From positions 3,662,508 through 3,726,507 of the forward strand of contig MU058584.1 of assembly GCA_013265495.1 (NCBI GenBank): a stretch of 64,000 nucleotides of DNA. The letters are read 5' to 3'. The position numbers were made by a program, and so were the translations under genes. Under the pieces are notes generated by a model. That model was not told where the DNA came from and did not search any database. It was given only the letters and a program-made list of their open reading frames with translations. Shown here piece after piece: positions 38,647 through 52,141 of the stretch (position 1 is its first letter; each line of letters opens with the position of its first letter). The DNA comes from Vicugna vicugna (Eukaryota).

Positions 38647-38689
38647 AATAAAATAAAATAAAATAAAGTAAAATAAAATAAAATAAAAT
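38647..38689. repeat. (AAAAT)n microsatellite
   Basis: aataaaataaaataaaataaagtaaaataaaataaaataaaat. Confidence 0.9.
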
Positions 38690-38783
38690 CTTTAAAGTAT
38701 TCTTTTTGCATTTCCCTCAAGATCTTACACCCCAAATCTACCTTTTCCCCCCTCTCTAAAGTCTCCTAGCTCATCTCCCCTAC

Positions 38784-38868
38784 CTTTTTTTAATAGAGGT
38801 ACTGGGGATTGAACCCAGGACCTCATGCACACTAAGCACAAGCTCTACCACTGGGCTATACCTCCCGC
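38784..38868 (-). mobile_element. tRNA-derived SINE, camelid type
   Basis: Reverse complement of the same family (ggggattgaacccaggacc...ctctaccactgggctatacc); T-tail; flanking direct repeat ctcctagctca at 38763-38773 and 38869-38879. Confidence 0.85.
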
Positions 38869-40827
38869 CTCCTAGCTCACCTTGACCATTTTCTTTTACC
38901 CTCTTCTACCCCACACTCTGTCCATTCCATGTGACTCCACCAAGCCAGACCAGGATCCTCTGGGTTCTGCCCTTGCTCATCACCTCGTTTTATATCACAG
39001 ATTGCAGGTGCTGAGCGTGCTGTTCAGAATTTGATGTACACTGAAAGAAAAAGAGGTTAAGGGGTACTCAAGGGGTGCTCATAACACTTGATATTTTCTA
39101 CATATCCCACTGACTTGTTGCCTTTTAGATGAAAAGAAATTGAGGCTTAGATATGGTGGAGAGGAAGGGAGCAGAGGGGATGGTCAGAGGCTGAATAGAT
39201 GTCTCTAGTAACTCAGTGCCTCATCTTCCCCACCACCTGGACAGGGTGTCTTCCAGGCCCCCCACCGCGTTGTCCAGTCCTGATGTCTCTGTCTCATACA
39301 TGTAGCTTATAATCTTTCATGGTTCTCATGAGCTTGGGGATAGGAAAGGCTAGGCTAGGTGCTGATGGAAACACACACAGCGTGTGGTCCAGGGACTGGC
39401 TGTTTCCTGCACGTCTCAGCCACAGCATCATCAAAAACCTCTATGGCTATAAATCCTCAGTTGGTGTGAACAGCAGAGGTTGGTGGCCACTGGAGGGCAT
39501 CAGGTGATTCTACCTCCAAAATCTTTGGCCTCTTGCCCACCACATGTAAGTGAAAACAGTTCTCATCTCCTGCCCTGCAACCACCCCCCACACACACACG
39601 GGCTGACATGTCACTAAGAAAGGGACCAATTTCTTGGCAAGTCCCTTCCAGAAGTTTTCCAACCTCTGCTTCAGCATATGGCTCGGAGAAAGGCCTCAAG
39701 GTGACTGAGATCATCTGTCCTGGCTGAGCTGTGACCTGGAGACAGAAGGGTTTGGGCATATTCCACCAGCGTGGGAGTGACTGCTCTCCAGTCCTCCTGT
39801 GATCAGAGCTTTCAGCATATCGTAATCTGATCGCACTTTGGTTTAGTCAAGCCAAGATCAGAGAACTTACTGTGTACCCCGCAACCACAGTGATCTGAAG
39901 GAGACAAAAAAAGCATACTTTCAAAGAACTTGCATTCCAGTGGGTGGACAGGCACAGAAAGGGATCGTTTTGAATTAATGTGTTGAGTGCAGATACAGGA
40001 TGAACACTGCCGTGGAAACATGGGACTGGGGCTCTTAGCTCAGCCTGGTGGGAGCAGGGATTCCTAGAGGATGTGACGCCCGAACTGAATCTTAAAATAT
40101 GTGTGAGAAAGTGCCCAAAGTGGGAGGAAGGCATTCTGCAGTAAAGGCATAGAGATGCAGAACAACAGTGTATTCAAGGGCTATACATGGTCCTGCATAT
40201 GAAAGCACAGCAAAGAAACAGAAAAAAACAGAAGACAAAGTGGAAACCAGCAGTGAGGCTGCAAGAACAGGAAGGGGTTGAGCCCCAGAGAGCCTGGTGT
40301 CCGTTCTAAAGCACTTGACTTTGTGTCAAGAAGACTATGGAGAGCCAGGACAGTTTTAAGCAGGGAGTGATAAAGTCAGACATCGATCTTGCCAGGTATC
40401 TTAATTTCAATGGAACTGTTTATTTGAGTTTTCCAATTAGGAAATATTGGCACATCTGGAATTTTACAACTGAGGGTCATCACCAAGGTGTGAAAATGGC
40501 TTGTGTGAGAGTGTCCAGGCCTCCCTCTTGGAGGAACCCTGTGTCGCTGATTTTCTTTGCCTGGATCCAGGGGCTCGGGCACCCATCCAGTTCACAGCAC
40601 CCAGCCCAGTGCCCCGGCGCCCTGTCCTCTGTTCAGGTCCACGCTGCCTGCTGCCAGGCTGCCTTCTCCCACAAGCCAGAGTTAATTAAGTAGCTCCTTC
40701 TTATCCCTTTCAATTCTTACAATGAGTCTCTAGGTAGACTTTTTTCTTTTTCATACTGTGAGGAGCATTTGGCAGCTTTAGAAAAAAAAAAAACACTGGG
40801 TCTCCTTAAGTCAAGAATTTAAAACAT

Positions 40828-40833
40828 TTTATT
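40828..40833 (-). terminator. Candidate distal poly(A) signal of ILDR2 (AATAAA)
   Basis: Minus strand reads ccaAATAAAatgttttaaattcttgac...cagtgtttttttttttt, i.e. a signal followed by a GU/U-rich element; about 11.3 kb after the stop. Confidence 0.55.
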
Positions 40834-41254
40834 TGGTTTCAGATTTCCTTGAGAGGAAAAACAAAAACACTGTGTTGATAAGTTTCTTGGCATGAGAGAT
40901 GCATTTGTTTGCCAGCTCTTGAAGACTTTTCCCTCTGAAGCCCTGAGCGTGGACACAAGAGCCCTCAACTAGCCTGGAGAAGAGGTTTCCTTTTGAAAAT
41001 GCCCCATGGCCTGCGCTGAGTGGCAGGGATTTGGATCCTTGCGAAAATCCACCTTCATAGTGTCGTTATTTAAATCTAAAGAATCTCTGTGGGCTGAGGA
41101 GCGCTTTCCAAGTTCTCCTCGCAGGGAGGCCTTGGACATGGTGTTTGCTTCTCTTGAGGGAACATTTCTTAATAAATGAATTTTTTTCCCCTCAAGAATC
41201 TGCTGCTCTAAATTTGTTACAATTTGCTCAATAGATGTATATGTCAAATGCTGG

Positions 41255-41408
41255 AACGAGCTCATACAACTCAATAACAGAAAAACAAACAGCCCAATCA
41301 AAAAATGGGCAGAAGACCTAAATAGACATTTCTCTGATGAAGACTTACAGGTGGCCAATAGGCACAGGAGGAGATTCTCAGCATCCCTAATTATCAGAGT
41401 GTAAATCT
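41255..41408 (+). mobile_element. Short internal L1 ORF2 fragment
   Basis: ctcatacaactcaataacag...aaaaaatgggcagaagacctaaatagacatttctc...taattatcagag; no A-tail. Confidence 0.8.
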
Positions 41409-42380
41409 GTGGTCAGATAAGTGTGAGATATTGGTTGCTGGGAAGCAATTAATAATTTTTTTTGAAAAAAATATATTTAAAAAGTCATAGAATATAGTGT
41501 AAAAATGATATGTATAGATAGATACATCAATAAACTTTCCATAGCTTGTACAAATATTTTTTGGTCAATAAATGTCCTGCCAAGCATTAGGGCTTTGAGG
41601 TGGAACAGCCTGGTTCTCCCATGACCACTGCCACATACATGTCCATACAAAGATTACAAGTCAACTGAGGGCTCTAAGGAACAAATAACTCCCTAACTGT
41701 ACGATTTCCAGTAACTATGTAAGAGAACGCAGCTGGTCTGAGGCTGAGATGCCTAGTGATGGGTCTACCCAAGTGCACCCTCCCGTGAGGGTAGGAAGCA
41801 CAGGGGTGCTGGCCATCCTGAAAGCAGGAAATGAAAGAGGATGTGGGACCAGAAAAGAGACGGCGCAGTGCGTGAACACTCATCTCTACAGGTGCAACTT
41901 TACAGGTGAGCTTCAGGGATGCTCAGGAATCCAATTACCTCTCCTCTCCCGCTTGTACAGAACAGAATGAAGAGGTGGGCAGGGAAGGAAAAAGTCCCCT
42001 GTTCTGTGGAACTTGGAGAGGAAAAGAGAAGACACTTTGCCCAGCATCAGGTACTTCTCTTGAAACTCTCCAGAACTTCTGACAACAAAGTAGAAGGTGG
42101 GTTATCAGGGGACAGCACTGGAGGTGGGAGAGAAGAAAGAGGGGTATTAGAATAACCCAGGAAAGAGATGAAAAGTCTTAATGAAGGCAGTGTCACAGAG
42201 ACAGGTTTCTGAATTTAGAATGAGCGGAGTGTAACCAAGGAGACACACGGGTATGTGGAAGGCTCTGGTGGGATTATTCACTGAATTATACAGAAAACAG
42301 CCTCCTGAGTGCCCCAGATAGGGTATTACATCAGAGGGGTGTTCAAGGCTCCATGACTATGGGAGAAGAACCCTTTAGGG

Positions 42381-42951
42381 TGCAGTAGTGAATGTCTGGG
42401 GGTGGTATGCTGTCTGCCCAGCATCCCTTTTCCCATTTCTATTAATAACACCTCTCTTTCCCTTGGAGAAACGGTCTCATTCGTCTATTCAGTCCATCAC
42501 TGAGTCTCATCTTCCTGGTCTAAAGGGGCTTGCCATCTATCTGGCCACAGTGATGAACTCAAAGACAGGCACGTGACTCAGCATGGGTCAATCACAGCCT
42601 TTCCGCAGGATTGTTCCCATGAGTAAGGCCCTTCACCTATCTGGCCACTTGAGCTGGAGAATTGTGACTCTTGGACTGCTAGTGGCTATGTGCTTGCCTT
42701 GTAGAGAAGGTCTGTCCTCAGTGGGAAAAAAAATACAGACATAAAAAGACAAGAAGATGTAAATGATAGAAAGAACCTGACTACATCACAACCCAGCTCT
42801 TCCTTCAGTTCCTACAGCTCTTCTTCCAACCCATGAGCTATCCCAGGATCTTTCTGATAAACAACCTCCATCCCCTCCTTTTTTTTCCCTCCCTTAAGCT
42901 AGTCTGAGCTGGCTTTCTGTCACTTGCAACCAAAAGATTTTTGACTAATAC
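42381..42951 (+). mobile_element. Old MaLR LTR (MLT1-like)
   Basis: 3' end cttaagctagtctgagctggctttctgtcacttgcaaccaaaaga...tgactaatac. Confidence 0.6.
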
Positions 42952-43893
42952 GGCTGCAAAAGGAAAGCAACTGCAGTTAGAACTTCAGTGGCTGTCTCCC
43001 TGGCATGAAGGGATGAGAAAAGCTAGTTGCCTGGACCATAGCAGCAACACCAAGAGGCTATGGGGGAGAGGGGATGGTAGTAACATCTGTTATAAATGAA
43101 TTGCATCCAGTTGAACAAAGGGCTTTTATAAGAACAGTGCTAAACAGAAGTTGGTATGTATCTCTCTCTGGCTTTGCTCTACTGGAGACTGAATATCTCA
43201 GGAAAAAACAAAACAAGCCAAGAAGAATACATTGGTGCTGGGCTGCTGCACATGATATGTAAACAAAATATAAGAAAACATCACCTGAGAGCAAGGATTG
43301 TTTTTTATTAAAAAAATTTTAATGTAAGAGAGTATAGAATCTTCTCTGCTTGTTTTTAAGAGACAGAGCAGGAGAGAGAGAGAGAGGGGGAGATTGATTC
43401 ATCTTTTTACAGCCAAAGGCCAGGGAATGGACTATTTAGATCCTCTGGTTGCACAGTTCAGTGACATAATTTTTGCTTGTTAATGGAAAACTGACTTCAC
43501 TATAACTCTGCAGCATCAGAGTCTGACCTGCCTGACTTCAGAAAGTAGTTGTATCTCAGTGGTGTTAAAAAGAACACTTAAAAATAGTTTCAAATCAAGG
43601 GAGGCATGTACTTCACTTCCACTGGGTCTCAAGCAAGAAACATCAGGTTTTTCCCACGTGGTACCCATGGAAGTCTGCCCTGAAAATATAACATGGAAAG
43701 GTCTAAACTTGCGAAACATACAGAAGAACTCACCAATTCTAAATGAAGAACTCCTAATGCACTTAATTTGATTTTCCAAAAGTGAATTCATACACAGCTT
43801 TTTAAGAAAACACCCTTAAACAGTGTGAGGCACACATCTATCCAGTACTTTTGAGTCCTGGAAAGTTAGCACTAGAGGCGTGACTTTGGATGC

Positions 43894-43912
43894 GTGCCAC
43901 TAGATGGCGTGT
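43894..43912 (+). promoter_or_regulatory. CTCF-like motif
   Basis: gtGCCACTAGATGGCGtgt versus consensus CCACTAGATGGCGC. Confidence 0.6.
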
Positions 43913-44639
43913 CAGGCTAACTCAGTCTCCTCTGAGCAACTTGCTTGCTACCTCTACACCTCCTGCCATGTTTATTTGGTGAGTCATCTCAGGCCACCTG
44001 ATAAACATTCAAGAAATGCTTAAGACCAACTCAGCAGAAAATATAACTTTCACCTAAGTGGTGTGATGAGTATTATTAAGATATCTCTGGCAAGATTTTT
44101 TCAGAGCCTGAAATCAGCCTACCTCTTTATTTCTTGAATTGAATGTATATAAAAATATGACTTTTACATTAAACAAATGAGAATCAGTAGGGTGAAAACA
44201 TAAAATAGTTGATTTTTCTCCCCACATTTGCCTAATTCTAATCCATCCTATGGGTCTAGTCCTTCCTCGCTTCTTGAATAAAATCTAGATCCATAATTTC
44301 GTTGGTCACTCTTGAATAATACATGGCCTTCTGTTCACTTTTAATTAAAATGATGATTCTTTTATAATGATCAAACTCTGGACAATATGAAAGTTGAACC
44401 TTCTAGCTCTCCCCTGTTACAGGCTCATTTTAGTCTAGAAGCTTGCGTTTAGAGAGAAATGCATGTACCATCTAGATTTTTCCCACTTAACACTTCCTTT
44501 CCTTCTTCCCTCAATCATTTATTTTTCTTGGACGCAGGGTTGCTGTGTATATGTGGAATTATTATGGAGAGAAAAAGTACAGGTAAGGAGCAAGAAAGGT
44601 CTTTCTTGATGGGCATCAATTTAATATGACATTTTACCA

Positions 44640-45810
44640 AATAAGAATTCACAATCAAAAACTACAACACATATAAGGAAACAGGAAGCCATGAGTGAGA
44701 GTTAGCGGAAGTAACAAACTTCAAAACTAGACCCACAAAGACTTCAGATACTGGGATTATTGGATATAAAGTATAAAATTAGCACATTTAATATATTCAA
44801 AGAAATAAGAGGGAACTGTATACAAGAGTAAAGAGCAAAACATGTTGACAATGACCATTGTAGATTTGAAAAAGAACTAAACTGAACTTTTATAAATGAA
44901 GAAAGTTATTAAATGTATTAACTAAAATTAAAACTTGAAGGAGATTAAAGGCAACTGAAAAGAAAAGTATTGAAAAGGAAGATAAACTTGAAGGAATTAC
45001 CCAGAATAGATCACAGAAAGAAAGAGATGAAAAATACAAAAGATGGATCAAGCAACATGTAGAGTAGAATGAAAAGGTCTAACATACGTTCAATTGCAAT
45101 TCTCAAAAGAGTTTAAAGAGGAGAAATATTTGATATGTGAATAGCTGAGAGTTTTCCATCATTAATGAAAAAATCCACAAATTCAGGAAGCACAACAAAT
45201 CCCAATGTGAATTAGTAAAAAGAAATTTATACCTGGTCACATGTTGACTAAATCCAAAAACACTAGAAACAAGAAGAAAATCTTAAAATCCCTGGCTAGA
45301 GGGACAAGACAGATTATTTACAAAGGAAGGATAATTAGATTGGGAACAGGCTTTTCTAAAGCAACAATAAAAGCCAGAAGGGAGCAGAGAATTATCTTCA
45401 ATGTGCTGAGAGAAAAGAACTATTGATTTAAAATTGAATAGTCACTGAAATTATCTTTCAGGAATAAGAATGAAGTAAAGACTTTGTTTCAAACAAATAA
45501 AAGCTGACAGAATCTCTTACCCATAGACCATCACTATAGAAAACTTCCTTCAGAAAGGCGATTTCAAAAGCAGATCTGAAATGCAGAAAGAAAAAATGTG
45601 TAGAAAAAAACACTTAGGTGATTCTAAACAAACTTTGTAAGTCAAACACCATATTTTATAAAGCTGAGAAGCAAGACAGAATGAAAACCAAGGACAAAGC
45701 TGTAGTAAGTCTGGAGAAGGTAATCAGAATTAAGCTGTTTTAGAGTCTGTCTTGAAGTTAAATCGATGTGTGAACATTTGAAAGGTAACTACTAAAAGAA
45801 GAGAATTGAG
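44640..45810 (+). mobile_element. Old L1/HAL1-like ORF1 remnant
   Basis: A-rich; frame KKKILKS...YKGRIIRLGTGFSKATIKARREQRIIFNVLREKNY resembles the L1 ORF1p C-terminal domain. Confidence 0.7.
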
Positions 45811-46406
45811 TCCAGATGTTTCAAGCAAGGACAAATTTTCCATTCAACTAGGACCTTAAAATCTGGAACTCCCTTGAAAGAGCCTGGTGGAGATGAGAAG
45901 ATTAATAGTCCTCTGGGGGTACTTATCACCTCTTTTGCTAACAAAGGTTTTAAGTTGCCTTCTCTTAATTATGACACCGTGGAATGTTTCAAATCTCTAC
46001 GGAACTTAAAATTCCCACAAATAGTTGCCTTCCTCCTTTCCCCAAGTGCCATTCCTAGCAGGCAAATGCGTGTGCCCTTCTTGAAAATGAGTTAAGTACC
46101 ATCCTCTGTCCAACCATCTTTCCTCTTCTTCTCCTGAATGTCAGGTGGTCTGTGGAGAGTGGTGAGCGTGGCCCCAGAATCTGTCCAGGCTGTAGCTTAT
46201 TAAAATCTGTAACAACATGCATTATGCTCTGCCAGGACTTGCCTCTATTCCCATGGTACTTATTTCCTATTACAGCCCTTAAAACATTCTGAGGAGGTCA
46301 TGTATTGTGTGATTTTCCTTTCCTGCTGAGGTCATTTAATGTCAGATCATGATTAAACAGTTGTGTTAAATCATGAGTTCTTGATCACAAATGTAGGTGA
46401 AAATGC

Positions 46407-46412
46407 TTTATT
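46407..46412 (-). terminator. Candidate proximal poly(A) signal of ILDR2 (AATAAA)
   Basis: tttatt on + strand in an AU-rich context with an upstream UGUA, about 5.7 kb after the stop codon. Confidence 0.5.
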
Positions 46413-49400
46413 TCATTTAAATGTTAACAACTGATTTCGCTTTGTATGTTTGACCCTGAAAAAGAAAAAAATCACGGGCAACAGTGATACAAACATTTCG
46501 GTTTCGATGCCACAGACAAGGCACGAAAACAGCTGGGCAGGTGACTCTCATGAATCAGCTTTCTGACCTTTCTTTGTCCTGTTGTTCCCTCTGTTCCCCT
46601 TTCTTTTAGTCCCACAAGGGAAATTCTCACTGGATAGGGTCTAATACCTTTGTCAATAAAGTGGCTTTTCTGAAAGCCAGGGTAAGAGGGGAGTTATGTC
46701 TGTTAGCCTCCCCAGAAGAAATGGGTCAGACTGCATTGACCTGTGCTCAGCCCCATCGAGAAACCCTAACAAAAGTGTTAACTAAATGCGGCATTGGCTC
46801 CTCTTAGTTCAACTAAAATCCCCGAACACAGTGAAGATGCCAGATACGTCACTCCAGACAGGTCGCTCCCAAGCCCCGGAATTCTGAGCCTGGATGAATT
46901 TGCAGTTTGGCTCAGAAATTCCCCTTCAGGAAGGATTCTAAAATCTGAAGCACATTTTTATCAAAGCGTTTCCCCCTCACAGCGCGGCTAGTGAAAATGA
47001 AACTCCCCTTAAGCAGAGCTGACTTCCGCTTAGAGCAGCATCTAAGGGAGGACACTTGGGAGGAAGCAGCCAGTGTCTGTCCCTGCAGCTTCACTCCGGC
47101 GATGCGGTGAGGCAGCATCGTGTCCAGGACACTTCTCCCCAGATGTTTGGCTCATGCCTGTCCCACAGGTGTTGTAGGAATCAGCAAGACCTCTAGACAG
47201 ACAGTCAGAAGGCCTGGCTCTATCATTTTAAAAAATCATTTGACTATATAGGCAAATCACTTAGCCTTTTTCAGTCTCAGTTTTACATTCTGTTTGATGG
47301 GACCAACGCATCCACCCTGCCTCTGTCACTGGGGTTGTTGTGAACATCAAACAAGACAATGCATATGACAGGGGCCTGTGAACAGTAATACACCATAAAA
47401 ATAACACAAATAATATTCTTATCACCCTCAGGCAGTGCTAGAGCGCAGACTGCTACTTCAAGCAGTTCAACACCATCCTTGCTCCACTCTGACGTTACAA
47501 GCCCCGTACTTCGAGCTTCACTGATCTGCTGCCCAGGTGAAGAGGAGGTAGGATCCTGGCAGGAAAAGACTAGGCACTTTTTTCTTTAAGTACCTGGGCC
47601 CCTATTTTGGTGGATTTGAATCTCTACCTCCTATAAATCAATTTCAACCTCCTGTAAGATTCTGGCAGCATTTGAATCTGACGTTGGAAGGGTAAATAAA
47701 ATAGAGTTCTGTTATTCTTGCTGATCCCACTTTGGGTCTTAAGGCCAAAGTAGGTGTTGACCAGCCAGGCTGATCATTTGAATGCTTCAAAAAAATGATT
47801 TATTTTTGCCAATTCCCCAATGGTCTCTTCTCTTTCTATTCAGGAGCTAAGTTTTGCTCAGAATGACATCAAGGGAATGAGAAAATTACCTGTAATTCTT
47901 GTTGTCGGATCTGAGGTTGTCACAACAGATTACTATTCTAGGGCTGGAAGCATCTAGAACTGCCTCCTGGGGAGTGTTCCTAGCGTTCCTGTCTCTCTGG
48001 TCACACAGTTCTCCTACCCCTGGACCTCGGTGAGCCAGTCACCACCGTCACAGCCAGACTGCGGGCTGCTTCATCACAGCCAGCCCCAGGGGAGTAAGAG
48101 CGACCTCCCCAGAACATTCAAAAAGAAAAATTTCAAAGCCCAAGGGAGCCTCAGGACCAAGTGTTTGGGGCACATGATGGGGTGTGATCTAGTGCAGGAC
48201 TCTCCTGAAATACATGTCAAAGGTACACATCCTAGCTCCAGACCCACCCCATCAATCTCGAAGGCAGGGTCCAACAGTACATTTTTAACAGCAATCAAGT
48301 AATTCATATGGTTAGGCAATCCCGGGAAGCACTGATCCAACAGAAAAGACTTTAGCGTCTAAAGACCTAATTAGGTTTGTGACGTCACTGAAGGCAGTGA
48401 TGGTTTATTTCTCCATCTATAAAGAAAAGAGGGGGCGGGTTATAACACTGTGACTTCAGCCTCTCTCAAAGGCTGCCTAAGCTCCAATTAGATTACCTGT
48501 ATGAAGTCTTTCAGACTATTAAGAAATATTTCCAGATGTGGCTTTTCAGCCCAGAGAGCCTCGGGCCAGAGGGGCAGCCCCTTTCCATGCCTAGTTTGCA
48601 CAGTCCCTAGCCAGGTGCAGGCTAAGGACCACAGGACAGGAGCTCGTGGCCCATCATCTCTGCAAGACCTGTGTGTTAGTGACGGTGGACATCCACCCTT
48701 GGGGCTGCAGAACTGAGCCCTGGAGAAGCAGATGGAGAGCTTCCCCGGGCACACACTTAGGTGGCACAGCTGACAGTACCACCAGGTTCGTGGCAAATAT
48801 CCCCAGTTTCCTCAAGAGTTTCTGCATGGCCCAGAGAAGCAGTTCATCTACCAGGGGACACCTCCTGCCACCGGCATCCATGCCCCCTCATCCAACCCAT
48901 CCCTGACTCAGCTGTGACTCATAGGCAAACACACTCATGCCTCATCCCACCAGGCCCTCTGCCTCTCACCCCTCCCCATCCTAACTCACCTCTTCCGACT
49001 CAGACTTTTAAATACTGGTTTTTCAGATCACTGAGCATATCTTTAAATAGGATGGATGGACAAGCACACACAACACTTAAATACCGAAATATACCCATTT
49101 AAATGAAAAAAAAACCCTTTAATTCTCTGGGTTTGTTGTAATTTATCCATAGCGGTATTTCATCTTATACGCATAACATCTCCCAGTTTCTTCTCGGGCA
49201 GGTATTTTTCCCCTATTCAATTGCAGGGTCCCCAAAGGCAGAGACCATGTCTTGCACAAGACTTATTTTCCATCTCAAATACATCTTAGGAAGGAAGTCA
49301 ACAAGTATAAACACTTCCTGTGCAGGACACACTATTCAGGGGGAAAAGAAACAAAAGGTTGTGTTGGGAAAAGCCGGGGTGCCAACGATGGCCGGCTTTG

Positions 49401-50504
49401 CTTTTACTGGTCCGGTCAGCCTTATCTCCTGTCCATGTACCTAGAAATGACTATCTTCTCTCTCGACTGGAGGCCTGGAAGTCTTGAGTGATTTATGCAG
49501 CCCTTCAGAGGACAACCTGGTCCCATCTCCCTAGGTTATTTCAGGAGACTGTTATCATCTTTGTATTTTTTATTGTCCATCTGTAGTTGTCTTTGGAACT
49601 GCAGGTTTCCAGTTTTAGTAATTCTCTCCTGTGGCTCCCTTCAACCTTCACCCAAATCACACACGCCCCCGGCTAATGAAAGCAGTGTCTCTGGTCTCTG
49701 CAGCTGGTGCTGTGGGGCTCTTTGGTGGTAAGAAGCCAGACACGGTGCCCAGGGTAAAGAGAGAATTATCTGTGGCTGCCCAGCCTTCTCCAGAATTGCC
49801 TAAGCAAGTTGAAATCCAAAGCTGGTGACTGAGACATGATGCTTCAATCCTCTTAACCGTCTGAACTGGGGCCCAAACCGACACAATAGACCCAGGCCTT
49901 CAAAGGCCAGGGGCACCAGCAATTCTCAACTCAGCACCAGGTTTATGGCTTGTGTCTTCCAGCCCTTGGAAGTGCCAGCACTGGGCTGACCTGTCCTCCT
50001 GGTTCCTCTCACACAAGCCAAAGCCACTGTGATGTCCTCTGGCAATGATAACAACTCGTCCTTCTGACCCTCACCCAGCCAATCCTTTATTTCATTGCAC
50101 ACATGGGACTGGTTTGGAAATGCCATGGATTAAATGGACACCAGTGGAATGATCCTCTGAGAACAGGGCCTCGCTCCAGTCAGGTGGTTCTGGAGAGGAC
50201 CAAGGAGATGCTGAAGAAAGCTTCTTCAGAGATCGTCCATGGATCCACAGATAGAGGATGGACCGTTGCCGGGAGTAGAGGAAAAGGGAGGCCAAGCCTC
50301 ATTGCCCTCCAGTGACTGGACCCAACCGTGTGTCCCACCATAATAGTGTGGAGTGAAAAGTTTCAGCAGAGTCTGTTAAAGAAAGTGGAGACAGGTTGAC
50401 ACCGAAGGTTAGAGGGAGTCAGGGATGCCAGTCTCGACATTCAGACAAGAAGAAAAAGTCACTTTTTCCTTGAAAGGAAATGAGCAGTTAAATAGGGCAC
50501 CAAC

Positions 50505-50885
50505 TTCTCATGCCTTGAGTAGGAATCAGCGATTTGGGCTGGGCTCAGCGAGGCAGTTCTTCTGTCGGGCTTGTCTGGGCTCACTCACGGGTTTGCAATC
50601 AGCTGAGACTGTCAGGCAGGATTCCAGGGGGAACGGGGGCCTTTTCTCTGGGCTCACGCAGCAGGACAGCCCAGGTTCCTTCACCTGGGGGTGACCGCAA
50701 GAGCAGCAAGAGAGGACAAGTCCCGTGCACGAGAATTTGTCAAGTCTCTGCTTGTTTCACATTTGTTATTGGGCCACTGGCCAAACCAAGTCCCGTGGCC
50801 AATCCCAGATTCAAGGGCTCGAGAAACAAACTGTCCTTTTTGACAAGAATGGAAGAGTTTGTGGCCCTTTTTCACAATCTGTACA
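50505..50885 (-). mobile_element. MaLR LTR (MLT1G/H-like) in the ILDR2 3'UTR region
   Basis: tttgggctgggctcagc...ccactggccaaaccaagtcccgtggccaatcccagattcaagg. Confidence 0.6.
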
Positions 50886-52105
50886 AATTACAAAATCCAG
50901 AGAGATGTTGCTTTGGGATTTAGGCAAAATCTATCATTTGGACAAGGGTAGGAGTAGAAAGTGCTCCTTTCTGAGAAAGCAATACCCCTATCCCCCCAGA
51001 GTGTCTAGAGTGGCAGCCTGGGGGGGCCCAGGGATGCCTGCTCCCCACTCAGGTGTCCTGGGATGGCGGGCAGAGCTGGGATGGCTAGAACCACTCAGGG
51101 TAAATGAAGTATAAAATGCACAGATGATCCAGTGGAATCTTGTGGTATGGTGTTGGGGGGATGGCCCAGAATCAAAACATAATGAGATTATATATTCTTT
51201 TCCTCTTAGATTCTCTCTCAGGCTTCTCTATTTTGCATTGCTGTTTTCTCTTCTTTTTCTCCCTCTTTTCTTTCATGTGCGTATTTTAAGCATTTATCAA
51301 AAGGCACCTGATGACAACATAATCCCAGTGCAGGGGGAGGCAGGGCTTTGTGTGTGGCACCAACCTGCGAAGGGGAGGACGAGGGGAGCCCTTAACGTCC
51401 GAGACTCAGGCATCGCTGTGCCGAAAGAGAAAAAGTCGTTTGTGCTCTCAGGGTGGAAAAAGAAACGCCACTTCGACAGCTCTCTTGTTTTGTTCCAGCC
51501 ACTCAAGAACTGTCATTCAGAACAGCAAATTGAAGTCATTTCTATGATTGTCCAGCAGGTCACTGTCACTGAGCTCACCAAAGGAGTGACTTCAATGTAA
51601 CAACAGTCATTGACTAGTGCCTGGGAAGTGCCGGGGCTAAAAGGTATATTTTGCCTGAAGTCATCTACCGCTGTCAGTAGAAGGCCTTCTAATAGTAGTC
51701 ATAAATTCTTCCATCTCTAAGCACAGCACAGGAGGTATAGAAGGGCAGGCTGTCGGCATAGGCATTTTATGGAGCTTCGCAGTCCAGAGCTAACTCCCTT
51801 TCAGAACTGGGAAAGGAATCCTGGTTTGGCTAAGGAAGGAGATGGGGCAGGATGAACTCTGTGGGTGAGAAACCCGATGTGTGTGAGCGTGCTCACGCGG
51901 AGTTGTTCTCTTGGTAAGTTTCTGAAACTAGTAAGATGAGCACTGAAGTGTGGAATCAGCCCTTAAAGGCTGCTCCTGCCCTGCCCCTTGCCAAAGCAAA
52001 GATCAGCAAATCTTCCAAGGTGGTCACCAGAGAAGGTTCCGGGCCTGTTGGCTCTTGGATTTGTGTCTTGTTCCCCTGTTCCGTTTTCAGTCATCCAGAG
52101 AGATG

Positions 52106-52141
52106 TCAGACCACAAGGGACATCCTGGTTGGAAAGTCACT
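52106..52141 (-). CDS. ILDR2: ILDR2 terminal coding exon (SDFPTRMSLVV-stop)
   Basis: Acceptor ttccccag; AGT GAC TTT CCA ACC AGG ATG TCC CTT GTG GTC TGA; angulin-type SLVV C-terminus. Confidence 0.95.
   Translation of the reverse strand, partial: SDFPTRMSLVV

Noticed and set aside
51124..51600. 158-aa plus-strand ORF with a hydrophobic stretch
   Set aside because: Antisense to the ILDR2 3'UTR; the hydrophobic run comes from a T/C-rich low-complexity tract; no homology recognised
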